From Trypethelium eluteriae (Eukaryota), in contig JAVECL010000241.1 of NCBI GenBank assembly GCA_051942245.1, positions 1 through 33,791 on the forward strand: DNA of 33,791 nucleotides. The letters run 5' to 3'. Made by a program: the position numbers and the translations under genes. Of the stretch, positions 9,801 to 23,240 are shown in pieces. The notes below the pieces were generated by a model that was not told the origin of the DNA, did no database searches, and worked only from the letters and a program-made list of their open reading frames with translations. Position 1 is the stretch's first letter, and every line of letters begins with the position of its first letter.

Positions 9801-12800
9801 GGTCAACACGTGCGTGTTCAGTACTGGAGTAAGACTACAGGGAGCAGCAACCATATCCAAGAAGGCGATCTCAGTGGTTCTAATTCACCGCCTCGACGCT
9901 TTCCTCACATTTGGCTACATGGGCCCTGGAACCAGTTTGGTTATGATGCTGGTGTGGAGAACACGATGAAACAAGATACTGAAGGGAAATGGAATCTGGA
10001 TTTTTTGACGGAATGGCCAGCCCAATTCCAGGTCAATGTCTGGGGCATGAATCCCGATGGCTCGCCCGACCAGACGCACGCCTATGGCGATGTCGATAAT
10101 GACACCATTCTTGACCGGATCCCACCTCTCTCTCTACAGGAATCAATGGTCAACATTACCGATCACGGACCTCCTTCCCCACATCTCGCATACCGCATTC
10201 AAGTTGACGACGGCTCTATGCGAGTGCTACTCATCCCGGTCGGTTCTCGATGGGTACAGCTCGCAATATGGATTCTGTTTGCTATTGTTCCAGTCCTCAT
10301 GGCTTGTCTGGCCGTGTGGCTTTATTTGCGAATATTCTGCCAGGTCAAGTTCAACCAGGTTGGTCTTACGAATCCAAAGCCTTTCCTGCCTGCTCCTCTC
10401 GCATACGCCTTCTCTTCGAAGAAGGGAATGTCAGAGAAAGTCGAGGAAATCACACCGCCCTCACCAACAGATATCATTCGACCAACTACTCAGCATGGCG
10501 ACATTGGTGCGACTGTTCGTAAGCGAACGGTGCTGATCGGTACCATTGAGTACGACATCGAAGATTGGAAAATCAAAGTCAAGATCGGTGGTCTCGGTGT
10601 CATGGCTCAACTCATGGGCAAACACCTTGCGCATCAGAATCTTGTCTGGGTGGTTCCCTGTGTAGGTGATATTGATTATCCGGAAGACGAGCGCACTGAT
10701 CCGTTTATCGTCACAATCATGGGCAAGGCATACGAGGTCCAGGTCCAATTTCATTTCTTGAACAATATCACCTATGTCCTCTTGGATGCACCAATCTTCC
10801 GCAAGCAGACCAAGGCTGAACCATACCCACCACGCATGGATGACTTGGAATCCGCCATCTATTACTCCGCCTGGAACCAGTGTATCGCTCAAGCAATGAC
10901 CAGATTCCACATTGACTTGTACCACATCAACGATTATCATGGCACCATCGCCCCGTTGTATCATCTGCCGGAGAAGCTTCCTTGCTGCTTGTCGCTCCAC
11001 AACGCGGAGTTCCAAGGATTGTGGCCCATGCGCTCTGCAAAGGAAAGACAGGAGATTTGCTCCGTGTTCAATCTTGATGAGGATATTGTCCAGCGCTACG
11101 TCCAATTCGGCGAAATATTCAACCTTCTTCACGCAGGTGCCAGCATACTCCGCATCAACCAAAGCGGCTTTGGTGCTGTTGGCGTTTCCAAGAAATACGG
11201 CAAACGGTCATTTGCTCGTTACCCGATCTTTTGGGGGCTCAAGCGTGTCGGCGCTCTGCCAAACCCCGATCCTTCTGATCTCGAGCAGTGGGATAAGCAG
11301 CACGTCGATCCGAACTCTGTGACAGTGGACAAGGCCTTCGAAGCAGGCAGACCAGAGCTCAAGCGTCAGGCCCAAGAATGGGCTGGCTTGGAACAACGGG
11401 AAGATGCCGACCTTTTTGTATTCGTTGGACGATGGTCGATGCAGAAAGGTATCGATCTCATAGCAGACGTCTTCCCTGCGATACTGGAGCAACACCCGCA
11501 TGTGCAACTTCTCTGCGTTGGACCCGTCATTGATTTGTATGGCAAATTCGCGGCACTAAAACTGGATGTGATGATGAAGAAGTATCCTGGACGAGTTTAC
11601 TCAAAACCAGAATTTACTGCACTTCCACCCTTCATCTTCAGCGGTGCTGATTTTGCTCTCATTCCCTCTCGTGATGAGCCTTTTGGATTGGTTGCCGTCG
11701 AGTTTGGGCGCAAAGGTGCGCTTGGTGTTGGCGCTCGAGTTGGCGGCCTGGGACAAGTGCCTGGTTGGTGGTTTACCATTGAGTCGATGTCCACTAAACA
11801 TCTCCTGCGACAATTCAAGATGGCTATTCGGGGTGCTCTTGCATCGAATACAGATCTCCGCGCAATTATGAGAGCTCGATCCGCTAAGCAGCGCTTCCCT
11901 GTATCTCAGTGGAAGGAGGATCTCGAGATTCTTCAGGCAACCTCGATCAAGGCATTCCAGAAGCGAGAGACCAAACGCATGACTGGCTGGTCGACACCGG
12001 GTACACCACGAAGCGGTTGGCAGACGCCTAGAGACGCGTCTCAATTGGCCAGTGGATACCAAACTCCCAGAAGTGGCTGGCAGACACCTCGGATGATCTC
12101 TCCTCGCAACAGTGCCCCGACCACTCGAGAATCCAGTCCAACCAGAGAAGGCAGTTCCACCAACGATTCGCCTCTGGCATACTCCCTTGGTAGGAAAATG
12201 GGTCCTGGTCACAGTATCCCCCGAAACGCAAGTCTTAGGAGTCTTGCAAGCGGTGTCTTTCCTAGCGCTTTCCCCAACCAGTCTGGTCGAATTCATGCTG
12301 TGATGGAAGACCCTACTGCTGAGCAGCAGGCGGCATCGAGCAATCCTGATGAGTATATTTTGAGTGCCGAGCAAGCTGAAGCCAGCAAGAGACAGTCGTA
12401 CATGAACATGGAGTTCTTACGCCACGATCCCTATGCCACAAGAAGACTATCCGACGTCGATGAGCAATCAGGTGGCATTTCAGTGCCACATCCTGCTCTT
12501 GCGCGCCATCCACCTGCCTCCGCCTTCGTCCCGCCATTGACGCTTCCAGAGTCGAACTCATCCACGCCCACACCTGGCACTCCTCGCGAACCAACTCTTG
12601 CTCAGCTTGATCCCATCCGTGGCAAGGATCTTAAGCTCAGTCTTGAGACCGTCCTCAACGAAAAGGAGAACAAGGAACCACAGGATCTCTTACCCTTCTT
12701 CACGGATCCAACTGGTCTATACTACAGAACCTTCGAAACCAAGCTTGGTCATCTTAGCGGTAAAACATCTGAGGGCCCGCTTTGCATTGAAGAATACTTG

Positions 12801-14318
12801 GCCAAGAGTGAGAAGACATGGTTCAATCGTCTTCACGATGCCAGGATGTCGAAACCCAATTCACGGGTTGCTTCTCCGGCAGGATCCATCTTCAACGAAC
12901 CTGTCGGAACAAGCTCTAGTAGCAACAGTCCAAGCCATAACACTGGTAACGAAGACGAGGATTTCGGCCAATTCTTGCTCCCATCGAACTACAAGCCTCC
13001 GACTGGTGTGAAGAGGTTCCTGAGCACCAAAATCGGCGATTGGCCGATCTATGCCTTCCTGCTCGCGCTTGGTCAAATTCTCGCGGCAAACTCATACCAG
13101 ATCACTCTTTTGACTGGTCAAGTCGGTGAGCCAGCAGCGGAGCTTTACACCATTGCCTGTATCTACCTAGGTGCTTCTGTTCTGTGGTGGGCCGTCTTTC
13201 GATCTCTCAAGTCGACCTACGTCCTTGGCCTTCCATGGTTCTTCTACGGTGGTGCCTTCTTCCTGCTCGGCGTTGCACCTTACGGCGCGACTTACGCGGC
13301 TAGAGGCTGGGTACAAAACGTCGCTAAGGGGTTCTACGCCGTTGCATCCGCCAGTGGATCCTTCTTTTTCGCGCAGAACTTTGGCAGCTTGGGCACTGCG
13401 CCCGTCAAGACCTGGGGTTTCCGCGCCTGTGTCATCCAAGGTACTCAGCAAATCTACATTGTCGCACTCTGGGCGTGGGGCTCTAAACTCGCCAATATCC
13501 AAGGCTCGGGCACCGGAGCGACCACTTCGCTGAGCTCCGCAGCAGTGACTGGCATCACCGTTCCGATTGCGATTCTGCTCTGGGTCATCGGCGTCGCGCT
13601 ATTCACTGGTCTTCCTGACTACTACCGTCAAGCTCCTGGCGCCGTTCCATCATTCTACAAAGGCCTTCTCCGCCGCAAGATCATCCTCTGGTTCTTCGTC
13701 GCTGTCTTCATTCAAAACTTCTGGCTCTCCTCCCTCTATGGACGTAATTGGGGGTACCTCTGGTCGTCCAAATGGGCACCAACCTGGGCGGTCATCGTCC
13801 TTGTCATCTTCTTTTTCATTATCGTCTGGGCAGCCCTTCTCTACCTCTTCTCCCACCTCTCTACCGTCTACACCTGGATTCTACCCATCTTCGCCGTCGG
13901 CCTTGGTGCCCCACGCTGGTGCCAGATGCTCTGGGCGACCTCCAACATCGGCTTTTACCTTCCTTGGGCAGGTGGTCCTGTCGCGTCTGCGCTTCTTGGA
14001 CGTGGCCTGTGGCTTTGGCTAGGTGTCTTGGACTCGCTACAAGGGGTCGGCTTCGGCATGATTCTTCTACAGACTCTGACACGATTCCACATCACCTTTA
14101 CCCTCATCGCTGCGCAAATCATCGGTTCTGTTGGAACCATCATCTCCCGTGCCGCCGCGCCAAACGCCATTGGTCCTGCTACCGTCTTCCCCAGCTTCGC
14201 GGGTGGAGTCTCAGACGGACTCAGCCAGCCATGGTTTTGGGTTGCGCTGCTCTTCCAGGCGGCAGTCTCCGTCGGCTTCTTGGTCTTCTTCCGCAAGGAG
14301 CAGTTGAGCAAACCTTGA
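6885..14318 (+). CDS. ags1: Cell wall alpha-1,3-glucan synthase (Ags/Mok family; GH13 + GT5 + multi-TM), ~2436 aa
   Basis: Exons 6885-7232, 7287-7462, 7532-14318. Signal peptide; WNLNQN..DPLDY..NWRFPFY; GH13 DGFRMDKA/GEV/NQD; single TM; GT5 motifs EYDIEDWKIKVKIGGLG and SRDEPFGLVAVE; C-terminal multi-TM domain ending FFRKEQLSKP. Confidence 0.98.
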
Positions 14319-15079
14319 GAAATTTTGATAGACAAACCTCGATTCACATCTCGTTTTCGACCGTTACGAAAGCTTCTTATACATATCTTGCGATACGATA
14401 TTTAGTCACGGCCTATAACACAGGCGTCCAGTCCTTTTGATCTTGATCGACTTTGATGGTCTTCCATCGCTTGTTTCCAAGAGATACCACTTCTACATCG
14501 TTGCTGAAAAATTTAGGGTGCGGAACATTGGCCTTTGATATGGCAGAGGGGAGTCTGATTCACAGGCTTTCATTCAAAACTGTAGCTGAGTCACTCGGGG
14601 GAAATTTGGGAGTGTTTCTTTAGAAAGATCTTAATGGTACATTGGCGAAACATAAATATAGAGATAATCAGACTGGTGCTGGTATATACGGCTGTAAATA
14701 ACGACGTACTCCAGAGCGGATGCGGAGATATCATCAAAGATTGTCGTTTGACTCATAACGCCTCCAATTCCGACTAATAATGAATGAGCTCTAATGAATT
14801 CGTGGTCCAAACGTGCATAGAGGCTAAAACAGAATGTGATTACCATCTTCGAAATGCTTGAGTACAGATATTCGTACAGATTGACTCGCGAATGGTCATA
14901 CTTAGCACTTGAAAGTTACGAGACGGGATTGACGTCGAGCTCAATGTTGCCTTTAACTCTGTATGGTATTACCATATTGAATGACACCTCGAATGGTCGA
15001 GTCTTACCAGCGTCACCAGTAGATTTTAATTAACGATATTGTATGAACCAAGCTTTATAAAAAAGGGGGCGCAACTAGC

Positions 15080-18000
15080 TCATCGTTCGGATTCGTTCAG
15101 AACGTCACTCGTATCTTTCGATAATGTTCTTTCTTCGAGGAGGTATCTGACTGCAGCATGGTCCGCTCCGAACAGCGCTTTCGTCGATTCAGTCAGCTCT
15201 TCCAAAAGCCCCGTCGTTTGGTCCTCTTTGCCCAACACGTTACGGCACTTGATCAATGAGAACATTGCCAGTAAGCGATCGGGGTGCCTCCCGTTGTTCT
15301 CCTTGTGCGAGTCGACCACTTTCAGCAAGACCTGTTCTGCTTCCTCATACCTTCCAGCACACATAAGGATGCGGCCATGATGCAGCTCCCCGAATAGGTA
15401 GATAAAATGGGTCTCGCCTAGGTCTCTCCGCACGACAGCATGTCCAGGCAGAAATGTCGACAAAGCCTCATCAATCTCACCGCGAATAGCTCTGATACGT
15501 GCTAGATTTAGGCCAGACCAAAGAGTGTGATAATGCTCTCTCCCAAAACTTTCTCTGCGCATTGCAAAGACTTCAGACTCAAGCTCAAGTGCATGATCAA
15601 GGTCTCCCGGTTGGCCTTGGCGATACGCGGCTCTGTCAAAGTGGGCCATGGCCAGGTTGTCCATGGCTTCGAGTGTGGCAGAATGAGAGGCACCGAGCTT
15701 ATTCTTCAGGCTAGTAAACGCTCTGGACTGTATGCCAATCGCCTCGGTGAAATCGAAGTCTTTACCAACTGCGCGGCCCAAACCTCCCATCGCTTTTAGA
15801 GTCTGAGTGTGATCATCACCAAGTGTCTTTGCCAGCCCCTCGACGGCACTTGTGTGTACTCTACGTGCTTCCGGAACTCGGCCTTGCAGCCATAAACACG
15901 AGCCGTACGAATCCATGATCTGGAGCGTTTCTGGATTTTCTCTCCCGAGAACTTGTACGCATGCGTCCAAGGCTCGCTTTTGAAGCTCAACGGCTTCATT
16001 CACCCGCACAAGCTGCCAGTAGGTCCATGATAGGAGCCTGATGATGCCTATGGTCCGAACGTTGTACATACCCAGATACCGAACCGCAAAATGTGCAACG
16101 AATGATTGCAGCTTCTCGGCTTCTTCAAGCTGGTGTCCCTGCGCATAAATCAGACTGAACTTCACGAGTTGCACCAGTCTGTCTGAATTCATTGAAGGCT
16201 GCGGGATTGGAAATAGCTTTCGCCTAGATTCTCTGTTTTTTGCAAATCTGTTTTGAATGGCGCGCTCAATTTGTTGGACATGACGGACATGAGGAAGTAA
16301 GTCTCTGCGAAAGATTTCATCCCCCTCCGTGTCATTCAACGGAGGAAGTAAGATTGCTCGAGAAAGTATTGTTGCTGTTGTTTGACACCATATTGCTTGC
16401 TCGGCGAGTGTCATTTCTGGCCTATGTCTTGCCCACAGATGGACGGCCGCATGCATAGAATAACAGTCAGCAACGCCGGTGCTTGTAGAGACAAGTGACA
16501 TCTGAAAAAGCACGTTGAATGCTTCTCTCAATCTCAGTTCGTCGAAAGGCGCGGGCCCTGGCGTTTCGGAAAGGAATTTTGGTAAGACTGGTCGGTGACC
16601 CAGCTGATTGAGAAGACTGACGGCGCGAATAACAATATCCCTTGCTACCTGCGTCCATGTATGCCTTGGCCTTGACTGACGGTACGCCTTTCTTTCATTT
16701 TCTTTACGCATTCCCTCCATGGCTTCAAGCTTGGGATTTGATGCTGCCCGTGAGAATATTTCTAGCTTGATGCTTTGACGATCGAGAAAGGAAAATATCT
16801 TCAAAAGATCTAAAGCATCCTCCGAAGCTCGAGTCTTCTTCGCCGAGATGCTTTGGTGTATGAGCTCGTAACTGCTATAGATTGTGGCATTCGTGTCAGA
16901 AACTGAAGTGGCAACCTCTGGCTCCTTTGTCTGGCGTATGCGAGCCCAGCTTTTCTCAAAGAAGTCGAGGTATGTTTCTAGCGTGCAAAGCCGCGCAAGG
17001 ATTGCCTTCCCAGCGTGCATCAGAGCAAGCGGCAGATAGCCCATAGCCTTGGCAATAGTACGTGCACAGTTGATGGAGGGCTCGATCCAAGGCAACGTCT
17101 CATCCGCGGCGTTCAGTAGCAATTCGATTGAATTGTTTTCCTTCAAACCATGAAACTCGAAATAGCGTGGTCTCACAGTGCCGAGCGTTTTCAGTAGAGG
17201 ATTTCTGGTAGTTATCAATATGGTACCGACATTGCTATCAGGAAAACATTCCTCCACCAGCAAATCGTCCCCATCGGCGTTATCGATGATGAGTAGCCAT
17301 GGTTGCTGAGGTCCGAGGCTCGAAAGCCAGCTTTTCACGGCAGCTTGATTAGCTGCAACCTTCCCAATCGTCGAGATCGTGGAGAACGATTGTTCTACGT
17401 GCTCCTTGGAGCTTGCATTGATCCAAAAGACGCCCCAATAACTACTCGAATTAGCGTTCAGTTCAAAGTGTCACATCCATTTGGCAACTACCTTTGCCTA
17501 TTATCTGATGCAAATTTGGAACAGAATTGCGTTTTCCCAGATCCTGCAAGACCATATATCACGAACCTCTTCTGCGTCTCCAAGGGGTTCGAAGAAGGTG
17601 GAGACGTTAAGTGTTGTTTCAATAGTTCCAGTTCTCTTTCTCGTCCGGTGAAGATACTGCTTACGGTTTGTGGGGTGAAAAAATGATTGTTCAAGAATGC
17701 TAGAGGCACTACTTTCTGTGCTGATTCAATGGCGAGTTTTAGCTTTCAAGTCAGTATTTGCATCATCACACTGGAGGTCCGACGACTTACTGATCTTTCA
17801 GTGGACACATTGATGATATTTTCCAAGGAACTTATCTTCGATTCTAGATCAGATCCCAGATTTTGTACGGACTTGGATAGGTCTGAATAAGACCTGAGCG
17901 AAGTTTGCTGGGTGGTACGGGAATAAATACTAGTACGTGTCAGTCAACCGATTTGTTGAAGAAGAAGAAAACTGACTGACATGCTGACCGCTGAAAGACT

Positions 18001-18441
18001 AAGTTGTAGCGCAATCTGATGTGCTTTCAACCTTTCACGCAGAGCGCTGAGGATCTCCTCCTTTGATTGCTGCTTCAGCCATCTGCGTAACTGATCAAGC
18101 TTCACATGCTTTCCACTTCCAGCATTTGCAACATCTTTTAGCAACTCTTCAATCTGTTCCGTAACGCGCCAGCAGCTAGCTAAGGTGTTTTGAGTTGCGC
18201 GCCAGTGTGTATTTATGATTTGCTGATGGTCGGAGTCTACCAGGGCCACGGACCCCTGTGTATAACTTTGCTTAACTAACTCATTGGTCGATCGAAGCGA
18301 CTCGATCTCTTCGAAGAGGTCTTCTAATTCCTGGTCTACCGCTCGAAATTCATCCTTGGCGTGTTTTAAGAACTTCGTAAGTCGAATGCAAACATCAGCT
18401 AGTCCGGCGGTACCTGCAACGACAGAGAAAGGATCGGCCAT
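15080..18441 (-). CDS. Fungal NLR (STAND): HeLo-like N-terminal domain + NB-ARC + TPR repeats, ~1070 aa
   Basis: Exons 18441-17981, 17929-17791, 17742-17492, 17441-15080. N-terminus MADPFSVVAGTAGLADVCIRL (fungal STAND N-terminal/HeLo-like type); FTGRE; P-loop GLAGSGKT; Walker B LLIIDNAD; ILITTRN; GYLPLAL; MHAAVH; kinesin-light-chain-type TPRs (LGxxHxxT). Confidence 0.9.
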
Positions 18442-19155
18442 ATGGCGAAAGCGTCGCTCCCATGGGATGTTAGGGCGATCAGGCTGCTGACTTGTAGGGA
18501 ACGCATCGATGTCATAGTTTCAGAATCGGGTCAGAGGTAAAACAATGGTTAGGAGATCACGAGGTGACCGCGTCGTCTTCTTAACGCAAGGCCAGTAGCT
18601 ATGTGATTAAGAGCTTCCATTAGCCGGATTTGCGACGGCCGATCCTGCGAAGGTTTGCAATACGCAGATCCAGTCCAATCGCTCTTGAATGACGAAAGGA
18701 GGCGGCTGAGCCCATTGATTATTCGTCCTCTGCCAAAGCGCCACAGCATCGAGTATGGAGTACATTGAGCACATATCAAGTAGGCAAAGCGGGCTGCGTC
18801 TTCTTGACTGGTACTAGTCAGCCAATCATTATGGGCGCGGAAGCGGCAGATGGGTTGTAAGATTGCTACCTACCCCTATTGGTGATGACCCCTGCTGCGA
18901 GTGTCCAATGGCCTGCAAGCACAACGGATGGGTAATTGCTTTTGTGTACATATTGCTTTTGTGTTTTTCTGCTTCCACCCGGCTGCAGCGCCTCATTGCG
19001 GATTCGTGGCCGGGGCTGTTTTGAATTATCCTTGGACACCAGCGGCACGGAATCTCTCGCCATTGAGTAGGCTGCTTCAAAAGATCTCGCATGTTCCACC
19101 GGGCCTGTCGTCAGTTAAAGGTTTCGGGTTCGCTCAAAAGTTAGTACTCTAAAGC

Positions 19156-21006
19156 ATGTCTGCCAGCACTTCGTTTCGACGCGTACTCGACTCTATCACG
19201 TCCTTCACGTCTATCCGACCTTCGACATTCGCGATACTTGTTTTTTTGACCTTTCTATGGACATATGTGTACGTTCGCAGGGTTACAAAGTATCGCGTAC
19301 GCTATCTTATGCTTGAGGTTATGTGGACTTGCTTGTTGACTGAATACCTTAGCAAGACGTCGAGTTCGGAGAGCGGAATGGCTGCAAACCTCCAACAGCG
19401 AAGCTTGCCTACAGCTGGCCTCTTGCACTTGATGTATTGAAGAGTGGATTTAGAGCAGGACGCGAAAAGAAGCTTCTTGCCTTTTTTACTAAGCACTTTG
19501 ATCAATTAAGTCCAACTGCTGAAGTCAAGATTCTTGGAGGCCTGGGCTATGTGACACAGGACCCCGAAAACGTTGAGGCATTACTATCCACACATTTTCA
19601 AGGTAAATTCCATAAGCATGCAATTAGTTCTGCGTACCTAGAGCCCTTCAGCCTAACACGAAGCTATCCTAGACTTCCACCTGGGACATCGTAGCATGGC
19701 TATGAAGGCTATGATCGGTGAAGGAATCTTCACCCAAGATGGAGCTGCCTGGAAGCACTCACGGGAGGTTCTAAGGCGACAGTTCGTTCGGATGCAGTAT
19801 CAGAACCTTGAAGGTTTCCGAGAGCATTTAGAAAACCTGATTGAAAGATTGAAGGTCTCTTCCGGCATCACAGATCTTCAGCCAATGTTCTATCGGTTGA
19901 CGCTCGACACAACGATCGCCATGATACTAGGACAGCCAGTCGAGAGTTTCAAGCATGAAACCGGAGACCTCTTCTCAAGAGCATTTGACAAAGCTTCTCT
20001 GGTGACGGGTACGCGTGTGCGGCTTGGGGATATGTATTTTCTATACCGCCCTAAAGGGTTCTTCAAAGCTTGTGAAACAATTAAAAGATACACTTATCAG
20101 TTTGTTACAGAGGCTTTGCAGCGAGAATCGGAACAGCCACTAGAGCCAGAAAAAACGTCTTTCATTGGGGAGCTGCACCGCGACAATGAGGACATGCGAC
20201 TCGTTCGAGATCAGACACTTAACGTGCTGATAGCCGGACGGGACACTACAGCTGCGACACTGTCCTACGCTTTGTTAGTACACAGAATCATTTCCTTGGA
20301 CAATGCTCATACTTTCAATCCAGTCGTCTGCTTTTGCGTAACCCCATCGTCCTGAGCCGGCTTCGTTGCGAGATTGACAATACTGTCGGGAGCGAGAAGA
20401 ATATTACTCGAGCGCACATTCAGCGCATGCCCTACCTGCACAACGTTATTAAAGAGAGTGAGAATTCCAATATCAGTGAAGCCCTAGTCATCACTGAAAT
20501 ATAGCTGTAGCGCTCCGATTGTATCCTCCTGTTCCGATCAATACTCGATTTTGCAGAAAGACTACCGCTCTCCCTGTCGGTGGTGGCCCGGACGGACGTT
20601 CACCACTTCTCGTTCGAGAAGGAATGCCCGTCGCATACTCGGTCTACCACATGCAACGACGTGAGGATCTATACGGCTCAGACCGTCTAGCTTTCCGGCC
20701 TGAGAGATGGGAAGACTCGGAGCTTGCCAGCATCGGCTGGGGTTATCTTCCATTTAACGGTGGACCACGACTTTGCCTTGGAAGTAAGTGACGTTGTGAT
20801 TCTTGTTGCAGAAGCAAACGCTGATGGTAAACAAATCAGAGGATTTTGGACTTATGCTTGCATCATGTGGTATAGTGCGGGTCCTCCAAGAATTTCCGAA
20901 TATGAAGCTTGCCCCCGGAGAGCCTCTGGAAGAACCCGGGACGGAACGTCAGCATCTCACTCTAACTCTATCCAATGCCAATGGTTGTAAAGTTCTCCTC
21001 GATTGA
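19156..21006 (+). CDS. Cytochrome P450, CYP52 clan (alkane/fatty-acid hydroxylase-like), ~521 aa
   Basis: Exons 19156-19296, 19353-19602, 19673-20273, 20324-20457, 20511-20783, 20840-21006. N-terminal [26 protein letters not shown]-helix [21 protein letters not shown]; heme motif [10 protein letters not shown]. Confidence 0.93.
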
Positions 21007-21299
21007 AACATCCTTAGCAAAAAAGGATGTCTCTGGAACTCAATAGAAAAATATCAGACTCTGGCCGTCGGCCTACCAATGTTCTAAACCATCTGCGACG
21101 ATAGTTTGCCAGAAACAAAAAGAGAGGCCGATCACTTGGTCGTCCACATAGCGTAAGCATGCAGAGAAAACCGAAATGAGGCAAGAGGAAGACCCAAGAG
21201 AATAAGAAGAAACAAAGGCACGCAGGTACTCCGTATGGGCCGGCTCATGCCGTGGGCCGCTTAGAGCACCGGTCCAGCAATCATGTCTAAAATCACACG

Positions 21300-21333
21300 C
21301 AGTTCTGGCACACAGTTCTGGCACACAGTTCTG
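21300..21333. repeat. 13-bp tandem repeat (CAGTTCTGGCACA)x2.6
   Basis: Exact copies at 21300-21312 and 21313-21325, partial copy at 21326-21333. Confidence 0.9.
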
Positions 21334-21789
21334 TCATATTTAGAGCTAAGAAATCGATGCTTTACACAATGAAAACTATGGGTTAAATTATCACCGTCTC
21401 ATACCCGTTTTTACCAATCATAACAGAAAGACTATGTGAAGCCACTTAAAAGTCTTTCCTGCACATAACAATAATGTGGGTCTGGGCTCATTTGCTTGTG
21501 AATCAAGTCTTCAATGTTGAGTGCCCAGGTTTGGGAGCTAAAATGAAACAATGGGCTTCATTGAAGGTACAAGAGTGTCGTGCCAATGGTCTCAAAGTCA
21601 CACGTCCGTATCCTGTCTCCAAACTGATGCTGTCCTCCTATATCCACTGCGCCTCATAAATGCCATAAGAGACTATTCTACAATCTGAAAAGAAGGAAAA
21701 AGGCAAAAACCTTCAAGCCATTACTACGCGTCTACGCAAGTAACAGCCCGACCCCAAACCACCATAACAAACCCCCAAACCCCTTCCCT

Positions 21790-23240
21790 CTACCTCCCAC
21801 TCTTCCCTTTCGCCATCTGCCTCGCCTTCAAGCGCCTGAATGCCGCATCACTGCTCGCTCCCATCGGCCTCGCATAAGGATTTTGCGCAGAGATAGTATT
21901 CCGCGGCGCGATACTATAACTCGACAAGCCACTGCCCTCCATCCTCGCCCGATTCGACAGCGTCGGCGTCGCCAATGCCCGCTGCCTCGCCGCATACTGT
22001 GCAGCAGCCTGGCTGCTCGCCTGACTCGCGCGCGCCGCGCTGCCAACTCCGCCAGCGGCCGTGGACGAGGGCAGGGCATCAGGTTCATAGTCGACCTCGA
22101 CGAGGGCGCGCTTACGGTAGTCGTCGGAGCGCTTGAGGATCGGACGGGTCCACTCGCCGAGGAGGCGCTCGGCCTGGCGCTTGATGGGGAGCTCGGGCTT
22201 CGTCGACTTGGTGTAGAAGAGGGTGACTTTGCCGATGCCGGAGGCGACGAGGGCGTCCTTGGTGATGGGGAGTTTGGCGAGGGCGGCGAAGAGGTCGCGC
22301 TGAATGTTGTAGGCGGGGAGGGAGCCGTCGTCGAGGGGTTCGAGGAAGAAGCGCACGGCTTCGAGAAGGTTGATGTCTGGGTCGACGAGCGAGGATTGGA
22401 GGGTGTTGCGGTTGAGGAGGGCGACAACTTCTGGGAGCATGCGGAGTTTTTGCATGGCGGGTTTGTTGATTTTGCGGGATTCGGTGTCAGCTTGGGCGGC
22501 TTCGGCCATGCGGCGGCGAATGTCTTCGATTTCGGCGTCGGCCATTTCGGAGAGGTCCTGGAGATGAGTTAGTAGGTGTCGGAAGCTGCTGTAAGATCGT
22601 AGCGACTTACAATTCCATCTCTCTTACGTCTGCGCTTGTTAGGATTTTTCAAAGCATCGTCCATGGCCCGATCAAGCGCCCTCTTCCTTCTTTCTTCTGG
22701 TGTGAGGTGCTCCTCATTCTCGAGTTCTGGAGTGGCCTTCCTGGCGCGTGGCCGATCCCTCCGCTCACCACTGTCTTTGGGTTTCCGGGCTCGCTTGCCC
22801 TCGATCTCCTCGCCACCCTCGAAATCATCATCCTGATCCCGTTTCTTTCGGTTCTTCTTTGGCTTCTCCCTCCTACTTTCTTTCTTTTTCTTCCTAGGTC
22901 TGTCATCCCCTTCTCCTTTTTTCCGTTTATGAACACCGATCAGACCGACGTTGCTTTCGTCCACGGCAATCGCCGGTCGCTCATCGATAGCGATATTTGC
23001 GGGATCGAAGTCCTCAAATTGAGCTTCGTCAACTTCGGAGAGGACATCAGAATCGTCGTCGGCCGCCAGTTCCTCTTTATCCTCCACAGCATCCATATCT
23101 TGATGAGGATCAGCTAGAGGTGGAGTTCCTGCCGCGTCTTCCTCTTCCACCTCTGGTCTGAGTGGATCGTCAGGATCGTGGCCGGCTTCAGGAGAAGCTT
23201 CGCCATTGGGAGGGCCTTCGTATGGTTCCACGTCTTCCAT
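21790..23240 (-). CDS. IWS1: Transcription elongation factor Iws1/Spn1 (TFIIS N-terminal domain), ~465 aa
   Basis: Exons 23240-22611 and 22557-21790 (intron GTAAGT..CTAAC..CAG). Acidic/basic disordered N-terminus; LTPEERRKRALD; FFLEPLDDGSLPAYNIQR; SGIGKVTLFY; EWTRPIL. Confidence 0.95.

Noticed and set aside
14631..15033. Small ORFs beside the NLR as a possible amyloid/effector partner gene
   Set aside because: No N/Q/G-rich amyloid motif or effector domain, and no coherent gene model.
21883..22572. Long antisense ORFs over IWS1 (also 30299-31111 over RPS0 and many over ags)
   Set aside because: Shadow ORFs produced by strong codon bias of the real genes.
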